DNA of 64,000 nucleotides. Source: Antedon mediterranea (taxonomy: Eukaryota; Animalia; Echinodermata). The number at the start of each line of letters is the position of its first letter. The first letter of the stretch is position 1. The notes under the pieces were generated by a model, which saw only the letters and a list, made by a program, of their open reading frames with translations, did not search any database and had not been told where the DNA came from. Position numbers and translations under genes: made by a program. The stretch covers positions 28,306,912 through 28,370,911 of the forward strand of contig NC_092675.1 of the NCBI RefSeq assembly GCF_964355755.1, in the 5' to 3' direction. This document shows, one piece after another, positions 24,701 to 37,400 of this stretch.

Positions 24701-26294
24701 TGATAATAATAACCATCATTATTTAAATACCATTACCGAAGTTTGCCTTGGATCCAACAAAGGCAATCTAAGAACAGGACGCTGGGCTCTGACTGAAGAT
24801 CAAATGATTTATTATGTGGCTGCGACACGATCAGTTACACGCTCCTTAGACTATGCACATACCGTAGTACAGTGCTGTTGGTAGTTTCGCAGCAAGACAT
24901 AAAATGTTACGAGTTTCTATTTGTCCTGTTGTTAGATTGTCTTGATCCAACTATGCTTTAAAAACTGTCATAATAGTTGATAATGTTTAATTTCAGGGTT
25001 TAAAAGACGAAAATTATTTCAAACGAAAATACCAGGTAATGTTGTAGTTTACATTTACGATAATACATACAGGCCTATCGAAACGAGAGCGAAATCGAAA
25101 AATACACCTGATATGAATTGATTTTAATTTTGTTTTGTTTTTATAGAAAGTGGTTGGGAAGTTAGTTGAACGATTTGCACACGAAGTTACGGCTGAAGAA
25201 ACGAGTACTGGGGGCGGTGTTTCTAAAAGGGATATACAAAGCATTAAGAGTGACATCATGGCTTTCAGGTGAGTTTTATTTACGAAGGCCCTCGTAAAAG
25301 AAAAAACATTCCGTTTTTACGAAGGCCCTCCTAAAGAAATTCCGTTTCGTTTTATTTGTCTCTCTACACAATACAACCGCACAATATAAATATGCATGAT
25401 AGTAAAAACATTTGAAAGGATATCCTTAAAGCTCTGTCCACACTATCAAACTTTAAGTGACAAAAATTGTGATGTGCCCATATATGGAAATGATGATATC
25501 ATATCACTACCAATATTTAAGCATATCACTACCATATTTGTAAAACTAGTTTGAGAGTGTAGACAGAGCTTTGGAGGACTTGCCTAGGTACACATATGAA
25601 AAGAATGAATAAATGGTATTTGTATATTTATAAATAACAGTAAGATAGATGTATATACCAGTATTTAAGTTATACATAAAATGATCTATAGCTCTTACAT
25701 TTTAAATGTAGGTTTGTAACAGGATGTTTAAATAATCAATGGTGACACAAAAACCTTTTACTAGAATATTGTACATGGTAACTGGTTGTTATTTTTTTCC
25801 TATTATGTTAAGGCAGAAACTATAGAGGCCGTGTATATATCATGAATATTTATGATACCGGCCTACTCATGACGTTTTCTTAATTCTTGTACTGTTACCT
25901 TACTTACTAAAATAACCAGTCTTGTACGGTACATTATCATTACAGATACGAATGCAATAATATGCTGAATTTTCTGAATAAAGAAATGGAAGGAACGACG
26001 AGGCAGACACTGTTGACTAGAGATAAACTTGAAATCACTAAAGACATCAAGTCTAAGGCGGAGGATATTAGAAACAGAGTGGCTGAACACAAACAAGGAT
26101 TCACAGAACTGCATGCAGATCTAACAGAAATTCATAAAGAGATTCAACAGAGTGAACGAACAAAACCACCGCCAAAGCAGCAGCCGTTGAAACGCACAAC
26201 TAGTAGCAGGGTGTCGATGATGTCATCATTCTTTGACACCGCTGATGAGACTGGGGGAAATTTAACTGAAGAAGCAAAAGATTTATTTAAATAG
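18789..26294 (+). CDS. Divergent TRPC-family (canonical/short TRP) cation channel, 14 coding exons, ~888 aa
   Basis: Exons 18789-18948, 19338-19462, 19720-19824, 20193-20492, 20796-20894, 21486-21673, 21862-21995, 22239-22381, 22810-23366, 24033-24231, 24491-24637, 24997-25035, 25147-25268, 25946-26294 (2667 nt, in frame). TRPC motifs: ankyrin IGDALLYAV and TPIIQAALKNNF, YQALAS, LLDQTR, FVAHPNCQ, GPLQISLSGM, pore FYWALFG, LLNALIAMMS, TRP box ADIEWKFSR, LPPPFNLIP, coiled coil IKSDIMAFRYE. Confidence 0.93.
20493..20705 (+). repeat. ~31-bp minisatellite (about 7 copies) starting at the exon-4 splice donor of the TRP gene
   Basis: Unit GTGAGTAGGCCTACAACTTGACATTGATAAA repeated with few substitutions. 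Confidence 0.9.
23410..23541. mobile_element. MITE family B copy in a TRP intron
   Basis: AGCTTTGTTCCCACTTG...TTTGACCAATCACAACG...GATTGGTCAA...AGTGGTAACCAAGCT. Confidence 0.75.
25430..25570. mobile_element. MITE family A full-length copy (reverse orientation) in a TRP intron
   Basis: TAA|AGCTCTGTCCACACTATCAAACT...AGTTTGAGAGTGTAGACAGAGCT|TTG. Confidence 0.85.
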
Positions 26295-27182
26295 GCTATT
26301 GAGTATTTTCCCTATAGTTTTTTTCGGACATTTTGATTTTACCCGATATGATCGGTTATAGCGACTATAAACATCCTACCGTTGCCACGCATCTTTCCGA
26401 CAGCAATCTACATCACATAATACTGTCGTGTGTTAATAAAGGCCAATTTACACAGACGAGCAGTAACGGTAATAAAAATATAAAATCTATATTATTTCTT
26501 CCTTTACAAACGAGGAGCGGACGGGCGGTTTCCGCCCAGGATAGATACAGGTTCCATGTGAGACAAGCTACGCGGTATAAATAATTCTTTACTCCATGGC
26601 CTTAATGAGAGATTGTTTAGATGGTTAAGAATTAACAGGAGTTGTATTCTGTTTGTTGCCATCAGTAGACACGATATTTAATGTTTATTGTCGCTAGGCA
26701 TGATACCGTATGTGAATCGGCTGCCGATTTGGGCTACTGGACAGGCTTAAAGCTGCGGTCATATCGAGTTGTTCGTGAACGTAGATGGCTAGCTTATTTG
26801 GCATCTTTTTAAAAACCTTTATTCCTTATTCTCATTAATTTTCAAATTGCCAATAATATCCAAAAGTCATAAACCATGTTCACACTAGACGAACGAAGAT
26901 ATTTACCGCTTATTAATTCGTTGGGAGTTGGTTTGGAATCATGAGAATAAATCATTAAAACATGACCCAGGGATCGGTAGCCTAAATTAGCCTTTTTACC
27001 TACTATTTCGCTATATATTTTAAAGCAACGTCTAAAGCTTGTTCCCACTTGGATACAACGCAACAACGTAGCGTTGAACATTTTATCACAAGCGACAGTT
27101 CTCATGATCCAACGCTTTTTCAAATGATATAATACATGTAAATATAATTAACCGTATCAGTTCATTAATTAGTAATTGATTA

Positions 27183-27330
27183 ATCTTGGTTCCCACTAGG
27201 ACGCAGCACAACGACTTAAGCGCGACGCAAGCGTGTTGACCAATTACAAGCGACAGATCCATCAGCGTTTGTGATTGGTCAAATGACTTGCGTTGCCCTT
27301 ACGTGTTGCGTCCTAGTGGGAACCAAGCTT
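27183..27330. mobile_element. MITE family B, well-preserved copy
   Basis: CTTGGTTCCCACTAGGACGCAGCAC ... GTGTTGCGTCCTAGTGGGAACCAAG: ~25-bp near-perfect TIR. A degenerate copy lies at ~27036-27120. Confidence 0.85.
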
Positions 27331-30164
27331 TAATGGTGGTGAAGGGGTTGTGTAATACGTAGATTAAAATAGTAATTAATACAAGTTGATGATCCAATGT
27401 TTTTTACCTATTTCGATTAACGTATATTGGATCACTTTTATTATGTTAACCGCATTGAATATAATAGCAATAAAGATATTGATGATATTGATGCGTTGAA
27501 TAATGTAGCCATGGGCATTATGAGCAGTAAAACCAGAGGTTCACAATCCCATATATAACAATACCTATGTGTGGAGGTTAACACGGGACAGACATGCGAT
27601 TTACCTTTCTTTTGTATTCAATACACGTATTCTTATGCAAATCACTGGTGTTTATCCATTCGGAAAACCTGGTTTTAAGACCCGATGGTCCATGGATATA
27701 CAATTAATTGTCGACGGTGTTCTCTTCGAAATCTAACAACAAGCATTTCACTGAAAAGTGAAATCCACAGTTTCAGCCTTACAATTTCTACACCTGATCG
27801 AACTGCTCAGTTATCTAAAAGGTGAGATTTCTTTTTAGTTTACCAGTTGTTTTGGGGACATGTGTGTGATTTGTGCAGTGTCATGTCATATGGAACAGGC
27901 ACTGGGTCATGATTTAAATTGTCATACTGTTTAGGCCTATGTATTTATGATAGCAGTGAGTAAAAAAGTCTGCAATTGTGGCGGACTATTGTGATGACAT
28001 TAACTCAAACATTGTAGGCCTACAGTGTATTAAATCCGAAAGAAAACACGTATGTGCTCCCCATATTATGACGTCTGTAAATTGCGTAGTAAACACTATC
28101 TATTAATAACCCCATTATTTTTTTTACCGTACCGTATCCTTAAACCGTAGATTGTTGATTAAATCTTGTATTTATGATAGATTGTTGAACCACAAACATC
28201 TGTCATTGATTGTTTAGCCCTATGGTGGTACTCCTAATCGATATTTATGGACAATAGCTGTGACAGTAATTCACAATCCCTTTTATTAATTATCTATTTG
28301 TTTCTGTAAACCCCGTATGGTTTTCATAGACGGAAATGAGGAGGAACTACCGGGACCCTAATTTAACAATCAGAATATAATGGACTAGGCCTACTACTGT
28401 ACAAAACATAGTTCAGTACTTAGGTATCCACAGCCCCATGTTTTGTGGTCATTTATCACAATCGGGTAAACTGCCTTACTTCAGTAGGCCTATTTCTTTA
28501 GATCTATTTTGTAGTCTATAGGCCTAAAGGAAAATCGCATTGTTCCCTGGTTACGGTATACAAGTAGGCTATAGCACGAACGCACATCCTGCATCGCTGT
28601 TTGTTTCTCATGATAATTACATCGCTCGGATCGAATATCTTAATTCGTTTCAAATTCTATTGTAATTCAAATACCTATTTGTCAATAGTACGGTTACTGA
28701 ACAATAATCACATCTTAAAACAGATACATTCAAATGTACTGTATCTGTATTCATATTCTTGGTGATTCTGTTATCGACAGCTGTATCGAAACGATCAGGT
28801 TATAAATTGATACAAATATTAAAATACTTTGCAGTTTCAATACATAACAAGTGCACGCCTAATGTTTAATATATACAGTACGTACTATTTATGAAGTATA
28901 GAATAGGTAACCAGCTCGATCTTCATAACAAGAGATACCCTTGTTCATAGCATGTTGACGAATACAATAATAATTATTCATTAGATTTGAATGACATGAA
29001 TATTAATTGGATTTGAAGAATAACATGAATATTAATTGGATTCAATACATAGATCACTTAATTATGTATAAGACTCAGATCTCATAAAGATAATAAGCTG
29101 TATTGATGTTTGTTGATTTTACGATGTAAGCCTACATAGCCTGCTTTTCGTTGTGCATGATTATATATCATTAAGCATACCACACAGCTCTGTGGAAACC
29201 ATAGGCCCAGTAGTATACGTTCTATCATCAATGTTGTATTGGTGATAGAACGTGAGAATTTAAGATGTAAGCAGAACGTTCCTATTTTTTAAATACAATT
29301 GACGGTGACTCATAATCACATTTCAGGTTATTATTTTTAGAATAGAATAGAATATAGAAACGAACGTCACCCATGTGTGCTATACAAATAAGTTCATTCT
29401 ATTCTTTCATAACCATTTTGAACAGGTGAAATCAGGCGTTATCCAGGGGGACGTTCTACCGACGCCTCCCCCCGCCTCCCCCACACACTTTGTTTATCCT
29501 ACAGTATATTATATACTGTAATACAATTTTTTTTAAATTTATCTGAATGTTAAAAGTACATGTACCTATACTCTTTTATTGCAAACAAGAATTTATTCTT
29601 TTGTTTATCTACAGTAATATCAAATTACGTAAGGGCAAGTTTCGGTCAATCGAAATCGCAATTACAACTCAAAAGAATGCGTATTACATTAAAATGGAAG
29701 AGATATAGGGGGAGGGATGTCAATCATTCCGTAGGTAATTTACCATTTTTAACAAAAATCACGATTTCAAACATATTGAGAAACCGATTTTCCTGGTAGA
29801 CATGAGTTGACATAACGTTTATTCTGCTACTAATAATAATTATAGTACACTATACCCCCTATATACATACAATGCCGTATACATTTGCACAATAAATCTT
29901 CTACTTAATAGTAACTGGGTTGCAGGTTCGGGTTTATTGTGTAAATAAGTCAAAACCTCATGATATGAATACAATGGCATTTCATGACTCACTCTAGGTA
30001 CACAATACATACAAGATTGAAAGCGAAGTTTATAATATTATACATATAATAAGACTAAATCTGGTATAAAAACGTTATTATGTATTTGCAATAATACATA
30101 TAGGTTGGTTATTGTTAGTTTTCGTCAGAGAAAGTGAGTTGCGAAATTTGTCAAAAGTTGGTTA

Positions 30165-30198
30165 AACCATGGAGAAATAAGCTTATTTCTCCATGGTT
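30165..30198. repeat. Perfect 34-bp palindrome
   Basis: AACCATGGAGAAATAAG|CTTATTTCTCCATGGTT with no spacer. Confidence 0.9.
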
Positions 30199-31419
30199 AA
30201 ACTCTGTTCGTCGAAGTCTTTTGTTCAACAACTACTATTGCAATTTTCACTTACATTCCCAATTTCCTCGACTCTCTGAATTCTCACTCCTGATGACGAT
30301 CAAATTATATTGATAAAAACGTCGAGAAACTCAACGGTTCTTTTCAGAACTATATAGAAACTATTAAAACAAAAACTATCCCGATTTCAAATGTCTATTT
30401 CTACATTAACAACAGGTTAAATGTATTCCTCAGCAAATCATAAACAGGTAAATATTTGTTTGTCTATTCTACATTAAACCATTTACTCTGCAGACCTGGC
30501 TAATAAATTTAAAACAAACAGATGAAAGAAAATTCTCTGTGCGTGTTCTTTTTCTCTTTAATTATGCCTTGTTCACAACTAAAATGTCATGTATAGGCCT
30601 CCTACCGTACCAGTTGCAAACGGGACAGTATCTTTGTTATCTGTTAGAACACATTAGACAAACGAAATACAATGAATGTAATCAATATTTGTAATTATTA
30701 TTTTGAGTTAAAATAACCTAGTAAACTGATTTCTGGGTTATGCTTTTGTCGACAGTTTAAAGGTTTTTACCATTAACCATGATATTTAGTTATTTTAGCA
30801 CGGGAGCTTAGTATGAAGTTGCCTTTATAATCGGGTTTTATGGACATCCTGGTTTATTGACTAACTCAAAGCAAATCCAATTAGCGAAATAATGCAAGAG
30901 AAGAAAAAATAGAAGATTTGAGAGTTTTATTTTAGGCCATTACTTAAAACAAAACTATAGGAAAGTTAAATACAGTGCTGATGACGTTTCCAGTTTATTC
31001 TGATACAATGGTAATCCTCTACAGTACAGTCTACAATACTCTAAGATATGAAACAATGTTAAATCTTCTTACTTGATATGAAATAAAAAAAAAAGACGAT
31101 CCCAGATAAGACATAAACATCATAAAAATAACTACTGTATAGGCATTAACATTCTTAAACAACTCTTAAGTATCAAATTCAAATTTATTTTACTTTCTTC
31201 TTTCTTATCTCGATGTACCATTTAGGCCTATTGCTGGGAGTGTTTCGTACCATATTTGATGTTTGTAAGATAGTATAGCTTTCGGTTTCTTAAATCACTA
31301 TGTTTTCGTATTTATTCGATTAACATGTTCTTTGTAGGGCGCCATAAAAACTGTTATAGAATAGAACATTACTTTTGTTATTTCTCTTATTAAAGAAGTA
31401 TACCGTATCTTACGATACG

Positions 31420-34400
31420 ATGTACCGACTTATTTTTCACATCGGACTCCTTTGTTGGATGGTAAGACAAAGTCATTCGCAGGCATGTGGTGTCAATGCT
31501 CGACAGGGGATCATAAATGGCGACATAAGTATTGGATTTATTTTCCCATTTTCTGGGCCTAGTGAAGACGGAGTTGGTTGCAACACAACGGTACAGTCTC
31601 CAGATAATATTCAACTAATAGAAGCGGCAATACACATTGTGAATTCTATCAACAGCGACCAGATTCTTCCTGGAATAAGCATTGGTATGTAATATTTATT
31701 TTGCTTTAAAACTTTACACTTCCCTGGTTTTTAGTCAGATGTTTCTAAGAAGTTGGTTCTGTACGGAAAGATCCCTTAATTCTTCTTGCATAAAATTCTG
31801 TGAATTCTAGTATAGAAAAGAATATATATATTTTTTTCAGATCTGATAGACGGTTATACTGACGTACTGATTTTTTTTTATAGTAACGATACCGAAACGT
31901 AATGAATGATTGATTACTACAGTATAGATAGATCTGACGAGTAACGTAATGAATGATTGATTACTACAGTATAGATAGATCTGACGGGTAACGTAATGAA
32001 TGATTGATTACTACAGTATAGATAGATCTGACGAGTAACGTAATGAATGATTGATTACTACAGTATAGATAGATCTGACGAGTAACGTAATGAATGATTG
32101 ATTACTACAGTATAGATAGATCTGACGAGTATTAGGCCTAAATATTTACTTCTTATATTCTTCTATCCTTTGCTCTTAAAGGTTTAGAAGCATGGGACAC
32201 CTGCCATCTTTCAAGTGTGGCAGTAGACAGAAGCATTGCTTATTTAAATGAACAGGTGTCGTACACCAACGATGATGGAACAGCATGTTCTTCAACCAGC
32301 CTTTTGGCAGGTAAGTACTGACAAATGTTGATCATCATTGGCAGCATACACTGTACAAGATCCTTCCCCAAGGTATTTCTTCTACATGCAAAACACCCAG
32401 AACTACCCAGCATAGTCATCGGACACGTTGAAGATAGCCAAAGAAGAGAAGAAGTAGATCAACTGTACTTGTATAGAGAAAGCATTTGGAAACTAGTTTG
32501 TCTCTATGATGCACCATCGTTCGCTAATCTCGCATGGCTAACGAAATGAAGCAATTTTATTACGTCAAAGTTGGCGAAAACTTCTGACCAATAGAAATGA
32601 TAAGCAAACATACTAAAGTTACAAGATAACACGATAATGATACCTTTTTATTCTCGTGTTAGGTATGATTGGGTTGTCGGATAATGGACCAGCAACTGCT
32701 GTGACGTCACTCTTAAACGAGGCAATGGTCCCATTTGTCAGTTATGGGGCGTCTTCATCAAATTTGCAGATGTATGATTACTTTCTAAGGACGGTTCCAT
32801 CAGATTTTATGGATGTGGAGGTAAAACTTTCGACTTCAATTGTCAAGTAAACGATCACGATATGGCATAATTCATTGTATATTTGAACTTAACTTAACAT
32901 TCTTGTAATATAACATGTACAATATGAAATTCTGATGAAAATTAATCATATTTTTGTATTTTAAATTCCTAATTTAATAATTAATATAATTGAAACGAAA
33001 ACTCGTGAGGTGGTTTCCCGAATGATCGTAAAATCAAAACGGTACTGGGTATGACCAACTAACGTTCTTGTCACCAACTAGCCATCCATTCATATAGACG
33101 TACTGATGTTGCAGTCTATCCTACCCAGTTTTGATTTTAAAAATCATTCGGGAAACCACCTCACGACGATCACAATATGTATGTATGTATGTGTCATTCC
33201 ATTTACCGTACTTGTTTACTCGCTTTCAGGTAATAGTCAAAGTACTCGTGGAATTGAGGTGGACCTATGTTTACACCTTCACCTCAGCTGATGAATCGAA
33301 TATGGCAGCAAATGAATACTTCCAAATGTTGGCAAAGAACAACGGAATCTGTGTCAGTGACTCGAAAACTGTTTACACGAACTCGAACGACAGTGACTAC
33401 AATTCAATCATTTCTAGCTTTACAGATGGTGGTCCCAATATCGTAGTATTGTTTTCTTCTACAGCCGATTCTATTAGGCTTTTTCAGACAACTCAGAGTA
33501 TGTCAAAGGGTTTGCAATGGGTCATCGGGCGCGAGATTTTGAAAGATAGTATTGGTTTACAGAAAGACACCATTAACGTAACAAGAGGAATGCTTGGTGT
33601 TGCCCCGAGCGTGCTGAGTTCCAAAGTTGAAGCCTTTCAATCCGTCTTCACTGGTGACAACTCACTCAACAGCCAGGCTGATCCATGGTTCGTGGACTAT
33701 AAACTCTTACAAAAGACGAATGTCACACAAAACATGTTTGTAGCACCGTTACAGAATGCCTTCATGTTGTATGCAAACGCACTCCACAATGCGCAGGCAG
33801 ACCAATGCAGTGGAAACGGAGTTTGCGATACTTTAAGAAACATTTCTCCTAATGATCTTATGGGTTATCTAACCAAAGCAGAGTTTGTCGGGGTTGATGG
33901 ATCAAACGTGTCTTTTAGTAGTAATCGTCAGTTGATGAACCAATCCTACGACGTCTTCAATATTGGGTTTGCTAGTGAAACCCAAAATAAACGTTTTTCG
34001 GTAGGTAAAACAATTCATTCACAACACGGAGACACACATAGTTAAATGAACAATTTTAGAGAAACTCTCAACTAAATATTCATATTATGATTAGCCCGTG
34101 TCTAGGAATTGTGCTTTCATTAAAATCATTCCTGTGGGCCTAGTTATATAGGTATTCACTTATGGTACACTATAAACATCATTGCATATTTTTTTGGTGA
34201 TCTGTGTATAGACACTGACCGATATATTATATTTATTTTTAAATCTTTAGGTTGGAAATCTTACAAATAACAATCTTACATTAGAGAAAGATTCGATTCA
34301 TGTTTGGTGGCAAGGTAAGAAAGAGAGAGTATCCGATGTAAACGCCACGTGTGGTAGTCCGTGTCGAGATCTTGCATGTGGAGAGGCAGAGGATTTAACA

Positions 34401-37400
34401 AAGGTAAGCCATTCTTATTCGTTCAGAAGTAATTTCAATTTAACTTCATACACTTATTCCAATAACTAATATGCATAGTGCCTACACTACAGTGCACAAT
34501 CGAGTGATTGCGAACATTTTATTCGTTCAGAAGTAATTGTAATTTAACTTCTAAATCAAATAACTATTATGCGTAGTGCCTACACTACAATACACAATCG
34601 AGTGATTGCGAACTGAACAGACGATTTATCCATTAGGCGCGAAAATGTTGTAGACCTACTGACGTCAATCTGTTCTTACTTGCAGGTTTATATACCAGGC
34701 AACATTATTCTGGGAGGAATGTTCGGAGTACACGATAATGCGCCGTACCCTTCTTCAGCAGGTTGTGGCAATATAAACAACGAAGGAATCCAACAGTTAG
34801 AAGCTCTATTTTACGGTCTTGATTTATTAAACAGCGACAGTTCAGTACTTCCGAATATTACTGTCGGAATTGATGCTTTTGACACTTGTAACTCTCCTAG
34901 CCGAGCTGGGAACATAGCAATTAAACTTGTCAGTGATGCCGAATTTGGTGGTACCGGTTCTGGACAACGGACAGATGCATCGGGCAATATAGAACATGTT
35001 TATGGGATAATAGGTCCTGGATCTGATGATGAGTGTTCCGAAGTTTTGAAAGTGTCCGGCATTTACGATGTTCCTGATATTTCGTACTCTGCCCAATCAG
35101 CGAGTCTTAGTAATACGTATAATTATCCAGAGTTTGCGCGTACTGTATCCGTGGAAACCATGCCGATTGCCGCCATAATTGAAATTCTGGTAGCAAAAAA
35201 TTGGAATTTTGTGCAGGCAGTTATCACTCCGAGTTCGTACGGCTGGAACTCATACAGTGTTTTATCTCAGCAAGCACCGCCTGTAAGTTCAAATTTCATT
35301 TCTAAAGTTCGTAGTAAAGTTGGGCCTAAGAACCCAAGTTCAGTGGTAAATATCGTTCTACAACCTTGTCTCTTTCTTTGTCTAATGATTTCTTCGCGCC
35401 TTTGATAATGTTTGATTTAATTTAACACATTAAGCTCTATATGCTCAAATATGGTAGTGAAATGCTCAAATATGGTAGTGAAATGCTCAAATATGGTAGT
35501 GAAATGCTCAAATATGGTAGTGAAATGCTCAAATATGGTAGTGAAATGCTCAAATATGGTAGTGAAATGCTCAAATATGGTAGTGAAATGCTCAAATATG
35601 GTAATGATATGACATCATCATGTCTATATATGGGCACCTCAAATTTTGATAGTGTAAGACAGAGCTTTATAAACTTCTGCACATTTGTTATGTTACAGAA
35701 AGGAATTTGTGTGACACAGAGAGTGATGCCTAGCAATGCAGTGTCTATGGATTCTCTTATTGAAGATATGACCCAAGGTGATGCCGCTAATGTAACGATT
35801 CTGTTGACTGAAGAAGGTGACACATACCGGTTCTTAACAGAGATTACAGCCAGAAATTTAAATGGAAAATTCTACATAATTGCAGCAACCAAATGGCCAG
35901 TAAATACTGTTACTAATGACATACAAAATGGACTTAAAGGTACATAACAAAAATGGAACTTTTATCAGTTGGCATAAACGTTTCTAATTGTTACAATTCT
36001 TTATGTTATTATATTCGTTTATTTGTAGTTTATATCTTATCGGATTTATTCTATTTTTCAAAGGTTTAACTGTTGTTAACATGAGAGATCGTGACGTCAC
36101 AGGGTTTAAGCAATATTTCAGCAATCTGAAGCCTTCTACAAACCTTCGCAATCCTTGGTTTAGAGAGTATTGGCAGAATGTATTCAACTGTAGTTTTGAG
36201 GACAACAAACAGATGTGTAATGGTTAGTTATTTTAATTTAACGTACATTATCCCAACATCAACATATACGCCATTGTGTTCATCGTTATCATCATCCAAG
36301 GCATAACAATATTTTGTATACAGTATTTTTAATTTTGCAATATTTTTGTTTTGTCTGTATAGTATTGTTTTATATGTATTTAAATATCTTTCATCTCAAG
36401 TGGCCAAGGAGGACAATTATTATATTACATTTATGCTGATTACAGTTCATTTCCAAAAATAAGACTACTTTTACTTCAATGTTTCAAATAGATTCCATGT
36501 CTTTGAAACCCGCTAATGTCACCAATCCGTACGTTGGTGAAGTGGTTGATAGCTTGTATGCAATGGCGTATGGACTTCACACTCTACAGGGTAACAAGTG
36601 TCCTCTGCAAACGTCTGTATGCTACGACATGACCCAATCCACTGGAAATGAACTATTCCTAAATATGAGAAGTGCTAATTTTGAAAGTAGAAATGAAGAT
36701 AAGAAAATGGTGTATTTTAACTATCAAGGAGATGGCAGTTCTGATTATGACATATTTAACTACCAACAAGTTGGTGGAAACCCATTTGAATATGTTAAGA
36801 TTGGCTCTTATACAATGAGCAAATTAGATATAAATGCAACGTTAGTGAAATATTACGACCAGTCTGGTAGAGAAGCCCCTAACGATGGTAATGCTTGCGT
36901 GGGTACTTGCGACAACTGTGAGGCAGTACAGAAAGAAAAGGTGGCGGAGGTACGAAATGGTGATGTTTGGATCGGAGGTAGGCATGTAATTTTTATATAC
37001 ACTAAGATGAAATAGGCCATAACCCGTTACATCAACCAATTGATAGCAGTTAGGCCTACTAAATTTAATTCGGGTATCCTATATTATGCGATAATTGAAT
37101 TATGATACGAAAGCAGAAACAATTTTTTAAAAGTGTGTGTTAACTGTTTTATTGTTCTATAATGTTGATGATGATTTAATCTCTATATCTTTTGGAATGT
37201 CAATATTATAATCTATTTATTCTTTATACAAAAATGCATAATTCTTTGTTTAGGCCTAATTGAAACATTATGGAGTATACTTCGTGTTGCAGCTATAATT
37301 ATTATTCTAAAGCTCTGTCTAAACACTATAAAACTAGTTTGACAAAGAAAGTGTGATGTGCCCAAATATGGTAGTGATATGACATCATCATGTAAATATA

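Noticed and set aside
31896-32131. 47-bp array as CRISPR or an RNA gene cluster
   Set aside because: Simple head-to-tail intronic minisatellite without spacers or a recognisable RNA fold.
34308-34320. Strong donor-like CAAG|GTAAGA inside GPCR exon 5
   Set aside because: It is phase 1 and would frameshift into exon 6; the downstream phase-0 donor at 34403 preserves the frame and the Cys linker. Minor use cannot be excluded.
35437-35823. Track ORFs with (LPYLSIS)n and (MLKYGSE)n repeats
   Set aside because: Artefacts of the 21-bp repeat inside a MITE; the real exon begins at 35699.
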